64,000 nucleotides of DNA from Leucoraja ocellata. Lineage: Eukaryota. Location of the stretch: assembly GCA_036785375.1 (NCBI GenBank), contig JAWMAR010000234.1, positions 2,480,001-2,544,000 on the forward strand, given 5' to 3'. Position 1 is the first letter of the stretch; each line of letters opens with the position of its first letter. Below the pieces are notes generated by a model, which saw nothing but the letters and a program-made list of their open reading frames with translations, searched no databases and was not told the DNA's origin. Below, one piece after another: positions 36,970 through 51,490 of this stretch. The translations under genes were made by a program, and so were the position numbers.

Positions 36970-37113
36970 ATTCTTGATTAGTAAGGGTGTCAAAGGTTAC
37001 GGGAAGAAGGCAGGAGATTGGGGTTGGTAGGGAAAGATAGATCAGCCATGATTGAGTGGTGGAGGTAGACTCGATGGGCCAAACGGCCTAATGCTACTCT
37101 TATGTCTTATGAA
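36970..37113 (+). mobile_element. CR1 3' end
   Basis: KGVKGYG.KAG-type remnant plus GATCAGCCATGATTGAGTGG..GATGGGCCAAACGGCCTA. Confidence 0.8.
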
Positions 37114-38736
37114 CAGGGTCTTTTCGTCATTGCTGCTGAATTGGTTTGGGTAATAATTTCCTCATGTATTTGGATTCCAATATTTTACCAGATACTTTAC
37201 CAAATAAATTAACACTACATCCATCTTTGTAGCCTAGATTGTCTTCCAGTTGAGTTAACTGCAGTTTCAAGATGACATCTAGGTAGCTGGGATGATACTT
37301 TAGTTTGATAGAAAATTCACACAAATACTAGGGCAGGTCTTCCAAAGCCATTCTGACAGTTAGACCAGTTGCTGCCAACTCTTTCCATCTGTTCTGCTTG
37401 ATAGTCAGTACTCTGCTACAAAGAAGGATATAGTGTTATACTTTATATAAATTGACAAAATTATGGACACTTCCTTGTTACAGGTTGCAATCAAAATAAC
37501 AAAATTTGCCATTGGTAATCTGCATGTAGACTGGTTTGACAAAATAGATTTAACGGTCCAGTCAGACCATTAAACAGTTAGAGAGAAATATAATTACTAA
37601 AGTTTTGTTCAATGTTGACATTCTATTTTAATTGCACTCAATAAAATTGATTACCTCCAGTTCCTTTGATTAGCCTAACAACAACCAACGCAATTGTATA
37701 GATGCAGTAATGCAAAGCACACAATTTTAGCCAACCTGAAAAAATTAAGAGGATGTTATCCAGATTGACAAATTAGCAACATACAACACTGGAATTTATT
37801 AGATGATTCTATTAAAACTGAGGGAAACGTAATCCAAGCCCAATATAAATGAATACATATATAAACATTGAAATAGTGACTTTAACCACATTAACACTCA
37901 ACCTAAATATCCGTGTCAAAGTGAATCAGTTTTAAAGATTATCCCAGTCTGCACAACCTATATCAAAATCTTGGGGGCATGATAGGAAATATGTACTGAA
38001 AAATGTTAAGGCCAAGATACAATAGATATTTAGGCAGAAACACAAACCATGGAATGTAGAAGCCGCAAAATGCAGAGCAATAGAGAATGCGAAACAAGTC
38101 AGGTCTTGCTGATGGGGAGGAAAAAAACCAGTGCCAATATTACAGGTGAATGTAACAGGTTGATATGTCTGCTTTATCTCCAGAGATTTGGCAGGTAATA
38201 TAAGTTAGGAAATGTTTCATGTCAAATAACGTCTTACTTTATTAATGCATTTAAGTTTACTATGATTTGTACTTCAAATGTTTCTCAGCCAATTCAATTT
38301 TGTATGAATTCATTGCAACATATTAATGGCAAGCCTAATATTTTCCAGTTTACCGTATGTAACAAGTTAAAATACACCATTACAGCATGAAACAAAAATG
38401 TCCTCTGAATCTCTAAAAACGTCATCACCAGTAGTTTATCATTGTTTGGCCAACACACCAGAATAGAAAAGTACCAAGTAACGGATGTTCTTTTCCTGAG
38501 TATTTCTGGCATCTCACTCAAATATCTGGAATAGGAAGCAATGCCAAGCAATCAATGCATTGGGGGCATCTTGCCTGCATTTTAAAGAGAACAAGTCCTT
38601 TGTAACTATGATCATCGCAAAAATACAACTACTTAGTAAAGGTTTTGATGCCTGTAATTGTAATTTTAATCTGGTTCAATTAAAAATAAGAGACTTGCCC
38701 TGTATAAATGTAGTTAATTTGTATTCTATGACCTAA

Positions 38737-39236
38737 ATGGGGCTGTCCCACTTAGGTGATTTTTTTGGCGACTGTCATAGTCATAGCAGGTCACTGAAAA
38801 ACCAGCGACTGGACCCCCCCTACGACAATGTCTACAACAACCAACTTCCTAGTCGACGTCAAGCTACGGCAAGTTACCGACAACCGGTGACCAATTAGGA
38901 CGTTCACCTACAACCACACCTACGACAAGGTTAGACAATTCAGTCCCCGGAACCTGTCGCCGATTGATGTAGGTAGTCGCCAATGGAATTCACCGGTCAG
39001 CACCGGCGACAACTTGCGTCATTTTGGCGATAACTTACGTCATCCTGACGACAGCACCTACGTCAGGCTACGATCGTTGGCATCAAGCCCACGGGCGCCG
39101 ACTGTCGCCGAAAAGTTTTGAACATTTCAAAATCCAGTGGCGACCAGAAAAAAGGTACGACTCTTTGGGCGACTGAGGAGACCATGCCTAGTCACCTAAA
39201 GTCGCCTAAAAAATCGCCTAAGTGGGTCAGGGGCAT
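38737..39236. mobile_element. PIF/Harbinger MITE
   Basis: TIRs ATGGGGCTGTCCCACTTAGGTGATTTTTT / AAAAAATCGCCTAAGTGGGTCAGGGGCAT with TAA flanks. Internal sequence is shared with 16574-16796. Confidence 0.85.
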
Positions 39237-42200
39237 AAGCGCCTTTAAAAATATTTAAATGTTGACAGATCCATCACTGAGTTATTTACTGTGGTTATCT
39301 TTATTATATCAGTTTGCCTTTAACACATATCATGAGATTGAAGGTTTTCATATGCTATATAGACAGTTGTCTAAGATTTCAGCTATCAATTCAAAGGATT
39401 TAAAAAAAATAATCTTTACTATATCAAAGTATTATTCATGGAATGTACTTGAGCAAAACAGGTTTGCAATTACTGGGTTGCATGCAAAATAAATGTACAC
39501 GTAAAGTAAAATAGTTCTATTGCTTTACTAAGGAACTGAAATCTCCTATGATGTTCCAAAAGCTATCCAGCTTGATGTCCCTGAAGAGTCCAACATGTTA
39601 TCAGCTGCACAACAACAATTCAAACAATGTAAAACTAGCATTACAGTGGAAAATTAAATCTGCATAAACAGAGCCTAAACGCAGATTTAACAATAAACAA
39701 AACTTCAAACCCTCTCAACAATACCCGATAATTTTCAAAGAATTTTACTGCATCAATTACTTCTTCGCAATTTAAAGGTAGTGCTCAAGAAAATTCGCAA
39801 CAACAGTAAAAAAAAAGTAGATCTACCTTAGCACACTTTCCTTAACTGCTCTTAGTGTAGAGAAATATATTGGACTTGGTACTTAAAGCAGTAGCTATTT
39901 TAACGTTATCTATTTGGTTGCTTTACCAAAGCAGTTTTGGAGGGAACACTAATATTTTCCTATGTTCACATACACAAACAGTGGAGTATGGTTACAAAGT
40001 GACCTTCTAAATACTTTTTGTTAGAACTCGTCATCCTTGGATAATTATCGTCAGGCTTTTAAATCCATAAACATAACAGCTTCTGACATTTTAAATAATA
40101 TTTTAGCCAAAAAGAAGCCAGCATTATTCATTTAAAATGCATCTCAATATTTATAAACATTCTAAATGATATTCAGAATAGATAACGTAATTCTTTTTTA
40201 AGTCTCTGATTTACAATGAGAGAAATTATATATATTTTTAAATAATAGCTTAAATGTGTTAAATTTCCACTTTAAGCAAACAAAGCTTCCCACTCTGCTA
40301 CATTGTCTTTACAATGGTGTTTTTGTTTCTAGTTTACAGACAAATTCTTTGTATCAATAATGAATTTGAATTAACTCTTCAATGGAGCCTTTCATTACGA
40401 AAACAAAACCCAGAACCTGAACTGGCAACTGTTTCCTAGTTATTTTCAATAATTAAAAGGCAGAGGGAAGGATTATCCCCAAGAATAGAAGCACGTACAG
40501 TATATCTCCTCTTTCTCTACTAAGTGCTTTATGTTGGATACTAATAAAATGTGCTCATTCCCAAGCAGGTTCAGAAATAACAAGTGTTAAACAATAGGTC
40601 TGATATTACCCAGCATGGGAGAAGCAGCAGTCTGATGCAGCAGAACTCCTAGCACTCATGGAGGAGTTTCAAATTGAATATTCACACAATAAAAATCAAC
40701 AATGAGATGGATAAATATGACGAATGTACATGTTTAATACCTGTTTGAGTATTTACACCAGAAAATGATTGTGAAAATGAATTATGAGATTTTTCAAAAT
40801 TACTACCCGTTATCAAATTTGTCCATTACTAGCAAGTGCAACACCCTTTCATTAATTGAATGTCACAACCCATGTCCAGAATCATGATATTAGTAGTATT
40901 TAAGTTAATTGATCTAATTAACTCAGGCAAAGTTACACTGTTAAACATTCAAAAATCTTTTTGATCCTGTTCAATTCCACAAATCTCCCCTCAATTGTAT
41001 GCTCTTGAGAACTGTAATCAGGAAATCTTACCACTGCTTGTCTTGGAAAATTAAAATTGGCACACGGGAAACCAAAAAGCAACAGAATAATCTGTCTTGA
41101 CGTGATCCTTTTCCCTTAGATTTCCTTGATAAGTTTAAATCTATTATTGTATTTATACATTTGACATATGTAAATACATCAGATTTTGTAGGTTTCGTGT
41201 GCTGCAGCTCAAGGCTGGATCAACTCAAAGAAACATACAGAAATAAGGTATAGCGTTTGGCTTGAATAGATTAACATCAAGGGATTTTTGCACTCCAGGA
41301 CTAGTTTCAGCAGAATAGCACGTTTCTGGCCTCCTGATTTCATCCTCCCCAGCATGCGGAGCTTTATCCTCTATCAGATGCCCATTTGAAGTGGACCACT
41401 GATGATTATTCATTGAAATGGACAAGGATACAACTGTGCATGTGCAATAGGTGGCTATTCGTAAATGTGAATATCCCTCTAAGGGCTCGCTAAACTCCAA
41501 AAACAGCATCCAGAAGTTGTGCTTTTTATTCAAACATTTAATAAATTGTAACCACCATTTGCTTTCAAAACTACGGATCACAGTGGATTAAGAAATGTTC
41601 ATAATTTATTATGTTAACTCTTATAATTTTCTCTATTTCTTTAAGACTTGGAATTCAGATGAGACGCAAGGATGGGTATTAAATTGTCTGTTGTGAGAAA
41701 AGTAGCCCCCGTGTTGATGAAGGGTCCAGTGCCGTACTGTTCTAAAATGTTTCACTGTATCAGAACACAATGCTTACTTTCTTCATTTTATTCCAAAGGG
41801 ATCACAGCAAAAGTCGATATGTTGAGAAATAAACAGGCTGTCAAAGCTTTGTGTAAAAAAAACATATAATTAAAAAGAGTCCAGGTGTATTCTTAAAGAA
41901 TTTAAAGGTTAACATTTGAAACTAGAGAATAATTTAAAAAATAAATCCTATAATCATGCAGTAGAGAAAATTCTCACCTCATATCTGCCACAATTTTTAA
42001 TTGAGTATCTGACAATTATTTTCATCCAGCCTTTGAGCTCCAAACTTCTGCTATAATTCTGTGTTTCAAGCACGTTGCGTGTCCAATATAGGTCTCACTG
42101 CCTGGCTGGACCTTTGTATTGCTCGTTTAAAAAGGAAAGAAAAGCAAATTCCTTCTGCAATGCTAAACGCTACCATGTAGGACTCACTTCTATAGAAGTT

Positions 42201-45200
42201 GCCTGGAGAGGAGAACTTTAAATTTTTTGCTAATTGAGATGGGATTTCAATGTCTACCTAAATGCACTTACGACAATGCCAGGAGTACAATGTGCTTCTC
42301 ACAGTAATGAAAGTGTCTTACAGTGGAGACTATACCAACATTAATCATCAGTACAGTGTATCTGCTGCATGCCACTGCAGCCTGTGACATTTTATTTCAT
42401 GCTAAGCGCAGCTGCCAGTACATCATTGGCATGAAAACCAAAGCACTCAGAATTCTGCAATAGTTCAAGTATTCTCAGGAGGAAATAGTGCTCTTTCTCC
42501 CTCTCCCTTTCTCTTCTCTTGTGGAGGAGACAGCTGAGAGCAGCAATTCACAGACCTTTCTTCAACTGTCATTCACCACGCCCTGTCTGGTCCCTCCTAC
42601 TATCTCTGTCTCATTAAAAATGGTGCCAAACTGGCAGCATGCCACATGCTAAACGAACAATTTTTCCTCCAGAAAAAAAAGCAAAACCAGTTTATCACCA
42701 TTCCCATCTCAATACACACGGTTACTTTACATTGCCAATTTGTTTTAAATATTACTGCCGACTGCAGCAAACAGTCATTTAAAAAAAACTTGCAAGATAT
42801 AGGCTGGCTTCTTCTCTGGCTACTTTCTAGTTTATTGAATAAGAAGCTGGCAGTTGTCCAAACCCACTGTCGGAAAGCCGACTAGTCTCGATCCGAAATA
42901 TCACCCATTCCTTCTCTCCAGAGATGCTGCCTGTCCCACTGAGTTACTCCTGTATTTTGTGTCGACCGTCGGAAAGCTAGAGTCAGTCAAGGTCATACTG
43001 TATGCTATCAGCACAACGAGACTTACAGTAACCATGCTCACAGTCTAAGGTTGTCTTAGTTCAGGGGTGGGGGAAGGGATCTTGATGTTCCAACCTTCCA
43101 AAATGAATTGTAAACAATATTGTGATATCTATAAAGTTGTGAGCTGCCAAAACAGCCATGTGAGCTCAGTCTGCAATCAAACCTTGCTTTCCTTGCTCTC
43201 CCTCTCTCATACTGTTCACGTTTAGATGTGGAGTGTCCTTTGTGTGCATAATTTCACACTTATCAACAAAGAAAGATGCCATACTGCTTTCTGCCAGCTG
43301 ATGCAGCTCCTCTGAAATGCCACAAGACTGCCGAGAGGCTCATTAATAATTGCAGATGGCTTTCCACTCCCAAACTTAAATTCTCAAGCACTGCATGATT
43401 AAGAGAGGTTCTGAAAGCTGTTCCTTTACCTTCTCTGTGCAACAGCAACTTAAAGACGTTCACTGATTAATTCAATAAATATAATTCAACAATCAATTTA
43501 ACAAACTAGTAAAATAGATAAATAGATGAAATTGCTTTATTTTTGTTAAACAGAGGTAATTGGAATAATTCTAACAAACTATGCAGATTTCTTTAAAATT
43601 CTGGAAATGTGTAGATATTTCAAACTGAAAGTTGAGTTTTTTTCTTCAAACGACTCATAAAGCCATAGATTGATTGTTCTTCAGTTGTACTTTCATCATA
43701 GATTAAATAAATCCGAGCTGCCACCGTACAAATGGCCAACATTATTTGTTTCAGTGAAATCATTTAATTTTAAAATGCAGCCACTTAGCACTGCAGAATG
43801 GCAACATTAAATTGGGCAAAATATCCTTGCGAGTATGTTGAAGAGATCTGGCCACGCTATACCCAAGGGCATCCCCTTTGGAATGAAATTATCAGGTTAC
43901 TGAGTATAGGTACTGTATAATAATCTAGTCCAAAAATGTAGTTGCTTTCTTTTCCCAAAGCAAAACAACAAAAGGTTAATGCTGTGAGAAGCAGGTTAAT
44001 GAGGTTACCTGCAAGAAAGGACATGTTGGAGTTTCCATTTCATGTCTTTCACAAAATTCTTGACAAGCCACCTAATCTTTCCTTGTTGAGAGGATTTTAT
44101 GATATTCTCACTGTCACAAGAACCACAAAATCATTCCACATTGACTCATTCCCTTGTTTGTCCTCAACCAAGTGTTCATCAAAAAAAAGTAGAACTGAGA
44201 CAAGAAAGCCACCTGAAGTGCGTTAGCAGACTATGCTACTTTGATGGCTGTAAAATGCTTCCTTTTAAGAACAGAAGTGTAAAAGCAAGCCAAACGCAAG
44301 TAAAAAACAGCACAATATAAATCTACAAAGTACTGTAGATCAGGAGGTTGAGATTTATAGAATTATCTGTAAGATTCGAAGGAGGACTCTCTTTGGCCAC
44401 TTGTTTAAAATAACCAGCACTGTTCCTTTGTATTCTGTCTTTTAAATAATTACATTTTACATTTGAATCAGAAAAAATCATGTGGAAATAGTGTTGATAA
44501 ATAATGAAATATAAAATGAAACATGACAAAATTAAACTGTGGTTATATCTTGTTATGTGTGGATCAAAAAAAAAATACAGTGAGCAGAGATTTCATTTAG
44601 GTATGATGTGCTCTGTTGTCCTTGGATACAGCACTTACTCGGATAGTAAAACCCTATTTCAAGCCAATCTCTTATAACATTGCTACTGTATGGCTCGGCT
44701 GTGTGAAAAATCATTCTGGCATGATGTTACATCCTCCATCTTAGCCACAGCTGGCACTCAGCTACATGAATAAAGAAACTGTGGTCATATATTCATTGCT
44801 GTGAGAAAACCTGAATGTTTAGGCTCCTAACAACCACATAAAAAGTTCATTGGCACTTTTTTTTCAGTCAGCCTCCTCTGACCTATAAACCTTTGTGACT
44901 GGAACAAATGCAAATAAAGCTGACTTGCTTAGACAAAACACTGAAGGGTATTCAAATCAGCTACTCCTGGCCTGCTAATACTAATTCACTGCATCACATG
45001 GCACAAAGCCTTTCAAAAGAAACAGTCGGCATTTTAGGCCCATAAAATCAAAAAGGGAGGATGAAATGAAAAACAAGGCAAAACTGTTGTTCAGTTACCT
45101 GCAGCATTTGTTGGAACAGCAACAGCACTTTCTCTGAATATAACAACTTGAAGGACTGTCTGGCCATAGAAAATCACATTTATACATAGTTATACACAAG

Positions 45201-45640
45201 CAAATAAACCAAATAATAAGGAAAACAACTTAAAAAAACCAAACTGTATGAGGACACCAGAGGTTGAAAAGAAACACATTGAATGTATGAACAAGGACGG
45301 GCAAAAACAATTAAGAAAAACACATTCTGGATAGAATCTAAGCAACATACTCGCACTCAGTTAATCTAGTACCAACCAGCTTGTGTGCTATATTCCATTT
45401 CCTCAAGTTCATTTCCAGGACTATCGATGTTTCAATTAAATAAAACATGAAATTCCTCTATTTTCATGTCACGTCTTTGCAGAAGAAACACATTGGATTC
45501 ATTCATATCAACCTGGTTTTATAGGGTAGATGGTTGCAATCAATCCGGAAAATATTTCACAACATTGCAATTGTTTATGGGTGATGCCTATCCTGCTACC
45601 GAATTATGTATTTGCTAGCCTCAAGAATATCATCTCAGTA

Positions 45641-45731
45641 GGCACACAAAAATGCTGGAGAAACTCAGCGGGTGCAGCAGCATCTATGGAGCGAAGGAAA
45701 TAGACAATGTTTCTGGCCGAAACCCTTCCCC
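45641..45731. mobile_element. Penelope-derived short repeat with 14-bp duplication
   Basis: Flanked by ATATCATCTCAGTA at 45627-45640 and 45732-45745. Confidence 0.85.
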
Positions 45732-45789
45732 ATATCATCTCAGTATCTGGCTTGCCAATTGCTTTCAGAAAATCATGCATTTAAAATAG

Positions 45790-46400
45790 ATTACTTTTAT
45801 AGTAAACATAGGTTAATCCAACTCAATCTTTCCAAGCAGGACATTCCCTCATCCCAATAGTCAATGCGGTGAATTTATTTACATGGACTGCAATGCAAAT
45901 ATACTCTTCCTTTGGTTTGGAAACTCCATCATCATTCAATGGGTGGTCTCACCAAATCATTGTAAAATCACAGTAGATTTGGTTACTATTGTACTCCAGC
46001 CTTTTGCAAAGAACCCTGACCAGCCATTTTCCTTCTCAATTGCTCACCTGTAATTAATTTGTGTTTTATAAGTCACCAGATAATGATACACTTTACACTA
46101 ACATCTGATAATTCCACTAAATAAAATGGAAAAAAAACTTTTTAAAAAAAAATTAATTAATATTCATATTTGCCTAGAATGCATCTGCAATTTTCTTGAT
46201 ACTACTTCATACTACTAATTTTCCCAACAAGTCTTGCATCAAACTTGGATACGTTACACACCATCTTTTAATGGAAATTATTAATATAGATTGTACAGCT
46301 CGATACTGACCTGTGTACTCGGCCTAAAAACCTAAAAAGGCCAGGTTATTTCTAACCACTCTCTGTCCTTTAAGCAATCCTTTATCAATGCCAATATATT
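45790..46400 (-). mobile_element. Old degenerate CR1 fragment
   Basis: Similar to 6930-7130 (GGTGAA..GCAAATATACTCTTCC..GTGGTCTCACCAA..TACTCCAGCCTTTTGCAAAGAA). Confidence 0.55.
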
Positions 46401-47059
46401 AAACTCAGCTCATTAAACCTCATGCATTAAAGCCAGCATGCCTTTTGATAGCTTGCTTATTTATGAAATCTGGAGTAAAGTTAAATTGGAAAAAAAAAGT
46501 GGGAGAAGATAAATTAGAATGCAATCATTTTAAACAGTTAGAATTCTTTACCTATTATTTCTTTGTCCTCTATTTGCATTTCATAGGATGATTTCAGAAG
46601 ACATCCACACAATTGGCTGTTAACACTTGGTTTGTTTGCTGAGATGTCTGCTGAATGCACAAGATTTATTGTATGAATTTGTTACTCTTTATCAAAAGAG
46701 TCCTAACCTCGGGAACATTGTGTAAAGCTTACACATTTTTAAGTTGCAGATAAATACTTTGAACGTTATACCTCTAAAAGTTATTTAAATGTGTTTGTAA
46801 TGGATAAATATCATTACAGAACTGCTTTTCATAAAGTATATTTTTCCCGGCAGAGTTTGTGATTCTCATTGTGCAACATGGAGAGCTCATGAGTTCTGTA
46901 GCCAGTAATGTCATATGCATTAAAACTTCAGGGACCCCAGGGGAAAAAAAACTTTTTGTACTAAGTAGAAACTATCAGAAACAAAATCATTATGGTTTCA
47001 GTGTTTGGATTATTGGTGTTAAAATTTTATTTTCGTTTACATTAACTATTTTGCCTTAT

Positions 47060-48020
47060 TTGGCATTGATATTAATTTATTATTGTCATGTGTACCAAGA
47101 AACGGTGAAAAACTCTACATGAGATAGGAACAGCAAAAATCCATGTCTATGTCTATGAACCAGACTGCAGGATATAATGTTACAGCTACAGAAAAAGTGC
47201 AGATTAAAAAAAAAGTGCAATGAGGTAGACTGGGAGATCAGGAACACATCTTAGCCTATTACAGGTCCATCGAAGAGTCTGAGAACAACAGAGAACTCTG
47301 CTGCTCTTGAATCTGGTGATCCATGCTTTCAAGCTTTTATATGTTTTTTCCTAATGGGAAAGGGGAGAAGAGGGAATGACTGAGGTGTGTGTGGTCCTAT
47401 ATTATGTTGGCTGTTTTCCCTACATAGTTTGGCATAGATAGAATCAATGGGGTGGGCACAGTCCTCATCACAATCAAAGGTATCTACATGAAGCACTGTT
47501 TCAAGAAGGAGGCAGCTTTCATCAAGGATCCCCACTATCTGGGCCACACACTCTTCTTTCTACTACTGTCAAGTAGGAGATACAGAAGTCTAAAGTCAAA
47601 CACAAACATATTCAGGAACAGCTACTTTCCTACAAGTATTAGGTTCTTGAATCAACCTGCAGAACCCTAATCTTACCTCAGCAACAGACTACAACCAACT
47701 CTTGAACTACCTTAGACTTGTTCTTTTTCATGTTTTGTAATTTTTTTTTCTTTGTACTGTCTTGCACAATACATAATTGATGTATAATTTATGTTTTTAT
47801 GTGTTGTCTGAGTCTATGTGCCTGTGATGCAATATGGTTTTCATTGTACTTGCAGGAGACAGTAAACTCGTCCTGACTTGACTTAATAAATTGTCGGTTA
47901 TATTTACATCGAGGAACTTGCAGCTCTCAGTCGTCTCCATCTCAGCACCATTGATGTAGACTGGGACATTTACTCCACCCCATTTTCTGAAGTCGATGAC
48001 TAGCTCTTACATTTTGCTGA
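47060..48020. mobile_element. Rex1/L2-like LINE fragments in both orientations
   Basis: ORF 47452-47670 IKDPHYLGHTLFFLLLSSRRYRSLKSNTNIFRNSYFPTSIRFLN (Rex1-type C-terminus, +) is embedded in a minus-strand copy whose tail is at ~47070. Confidence 0.75.
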
Positions 48021-49425
48021 TCTAATTGCTATAAATATGCATCAGAATATCCATTTTTATCCAATGTAAAAAAAAATTGTCACTCATACTAATTAAAATG
48101 CAATTTCCCCACACTTCCTAACCAATTATTCAACGAGACCTTGACATCTGATCTATTACTATTATGAACTACATATTTTTTCATAGAAATGCAAAACTAA
48201 ACAAGATATGAATCTTCAAAGAAACAATTTTTCTACAAACATTTAAATGAATCTACTTCACTTAATAAATCTTTCCTAATTTCCTCAATTCTCTACTTTC
48301 TTACTCTTCATTGTCAATACAAGAACTGATCCAATGGCCACCAACATAACCTTTGGACACAGTTTGGAACATTAACTAATAAGATAATGTATCCTAAAAA
48401 ACACTACACACATATATCTATCTTTTTCCAAAACTGTAATCATAAATATTTGATACATTAAGAAACCACTTATCACTCAATGCACAGAAATTGGAATGAA
48501 TATCACAATAATTTACATCATTGATTTAATATTTTCCTCTGATGATATTAAGAAACATTGTGGTCGAGGTTTTGCAGTCAGTGGTTAGTTGCCTGATGGA
48601 TTTAGTGTCATTGGAACCGGCTTTTATAACACTGTAAAGCTTACATATTTCTAAGTTGCAAGGTGCCCAGCTAGAAAAACAGGAAAGAATATGCCTCATC
48701 AACCAATTAGATTGAAGACTCCTTGAGACATGCATCCTAATAAATTAGAGTGAACTGAAAACACGCTGTAAACAAGGTTGCAACCCTTTGCCTCTTCAAC
48801 CGAGACAAATGATTAAATCTCCCTACTTACTCGCTGGTGGATCAACTGGTTACTTGGTGTCATTAGGTACTATTACACCCTCGAACCATATTCCCTCATT
48901 CCACTGCTTGGATTCTTAATGCTGGATCATCTATTAGTTCTCAATGCATTCATTTCCAACCTTAAAAAAGGTGGGAATCGTTGCCTTTATCTCCATAAAT
49001 CCCAGTTTTATAAATTTTCTTTCCTCAGCACTGTGCCAGATGAATTTTTCATTCAGATTGCCGACTCAAAGAATGGACATTAAAACAAGTTATTATTGCA
49101 GGAATGGTAGTTAAAAAATATGGGGGTCAATTTTTCTTGTTGTCTTTGATAAACAGAAACAGGTATTGAACTTTTGTTGAACTTTGCATGACCAGTTTTG
49201 AAAAGTGGAACAGAGTAGCAACCTTGATAAGAATCTCTTCTTGTGAGTCACAAGGACAAAACACAAGCCCTAACTTCTGATGTGGAAAGAAAATAAACAA
49301 ATAGATAGGTTAGCTCTTGAGTTTATTCAATGAAAGAAGGGTCTTTGTTAAGGCAAACTGATTAAGTAGCTAAAGGATAGACAGTACACTACAACTAAGT
49401 CACACTGACAAAGGTCTTATGTTTG

Positions 49426-49483
49426 TAGACAACAATGCTGGAGAAACTCAGCGGGTGAGGCAGCATCTATGGAGCGAAGGAAC
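49426..49483. mobile_element. 58-bp Penelope-derived fragment with 15-bp duplication
   Basis: Flanked by AAGGTCTTATGTTTG at 49411-49425 and 49484-49498. Confidence 0.85.
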
Positions 49484-50699
49484 AAGGTCTTATGTTTGCA
49501 TTCTGTATCACTTTATGAAGGAAAAGTTAAATTGAAAAAAACAATCTGATTAGAACTTTTTCTTGGCATGTTCTCTTTACTATAAATCTAACTTTAAGCT
49601 TCACTTTCTATGTCTAAGGGAAATTATTGAAAAATGCAAAAAACAAGAATATCTGGTATGTATCCCAAAGGGATGATATTGTTAAATCTTCGAATCATGC
49701 TATTGTACGAGTGCATACTGGGCATGCAGTATGAATCACTTCCAATAAAAGAAACCTAATCTATTTGAAGGTTTGGGAGCTAAATTTGATAGCTGCTGAA
49801 AGCAGCTGTGGGGATTATATTGCATTGGTTCTGAAGCAGGCAGCATACCAATTTAGTGTTGCTCATTTCAAATGATTCAAGCAATCACCCGCAGCGCTGA
49901 TTCGCTGTACACATCAGGTGAGGACCAATTTTGTGAGCAGTTAGCTCATGCCACTGCCTGTCTTTAAGAAGTAGCAGTCAGCTTTATCGCTTTAAGCAAG
50001 GTGCACTGTGGTGAAGCTGTCCTTAACCACAATGCACTGAATGACAATGTGGGAGAGTACAGGTTCTAAGTGTATTGCATTTGCACAAAAGGTTTGTGTT
50101 TGGAGGTGTACTATATTTGCAGGGGACAATTTGACCCTCCACACACGCAATCAGAGAAGAAGGGTGCACTCACTGAACTTGATAATGGGAGCAGCTATCC
50201 TCAAAGGTAAATTCCACACAATTGGAATCAAATCTTGAAAGAAGTCCAATGAACTTGCACGAGTGATCAAGTTCAGTGAATGCATCCTTAATTGCCACAT
50301 CCTACTAATTGCACCCAGGCTCACTGTACCAAACACTCAGTTGTGAGCCTCTGCCTATCCAAACAGCAATGCAATTTTCATTCTATTATTGATCTTTCTT
50401 GCAAACAATATAGTAAAAAGTGAAGACAATTTGTTTGTGCATCTTCCTGGGAGAAATTTGACTTTTTTTTTTTGTCGAACATCTCTGGTTTTGAAGTACA
50501 TTCAACTGTACTGATCTGTAGCCCATCATGAACAACTTGCTGCGGCCTTGAACTTTCATCAACATGGATCTTACCTCCCATGTTGCAGGAGTTGTCAACA
50601 TGTTGATATTTAATAGAAACAGTGACATTACCTTTGGCAAGTTATCCAATGCCACAGAGTGCTAAGACAAAGACTTTATATACTAGTATTTCCATGTAA

Positions 50700-51490
50700 C
50701 ATGTTTTGTTTTTGTTTGCACTTCCAGACCCTTTCATTTTTCTTATCATTGGAGTCAAACACCATCCTGAACCTGAGATAGTTTTGAGTCAAGTGAAAAT
50801 TTCTTAATTGATTTCTTAAGTTTAGCCAAAGTATTTGAACATTGGTATGGTTTTGCGAGTATAGTGATCAATGCTTCATTTGCGAAGCACCTGTGACCTG
50901 ACCAATAATGTGTATTTTCTTCAATTTTGTGGTGAAGCAATGTTTATTGTATGGCTGAGAGAACCTATCAGTACAAAAGTATAGATTGGTTTCATCATGC
51001 TCTCCAAAAGGCTCCATTGTCAAATTAGAGTATTATTCTGATGAGATATGGCAGATATTTGATGATGTAGGTTACATTCCCTTCTGCCTGACTTCCTTTT
51101 AGTTGTATTGCTGAAAGCCAGAGAAGAAGGAATAAGAATATGCCAAACAATATTATAACGTACAAAACCTTGTTTTACTCCACTTTGTAACTTGAAGGAA
51201 TTTGATGATGATCGATAACATTACCAAATGTTGTAATATTTTTGTGGAGGAAATTGATAATAGTCAAATAGTCAATAGTCTCAGGGGGAAAGTGATTGTG
51301 GGGGAGGGGAGAATAAGAATTCCTTCTCAACAGTTGGTCCAATACCTTTGTTATGCTGATATAAATAAAATATAATATTTTTAATTCTCTACATTTCTCC
51401 ATCAATGGTCTGATGGAGAATATTGTGTCTCTTGTAAGTTTTTGCTCAAAAACCAGGCCGGGCATGGATGTACTCACTTTGCCTGTGTTC
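50700..51490 (-). mobile_element. Old RTE-clade LINE reverse transcriptase remnant
   Basis: TRDTIFSIRPLMEKCRE..LYFIYISITKVLD resembles RTE T.DMIFSLRQLQEKCREQ..LY.AFIDLTKAFD; a GVKQG..LFGIF remnant follows. Confidence 0.7.
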
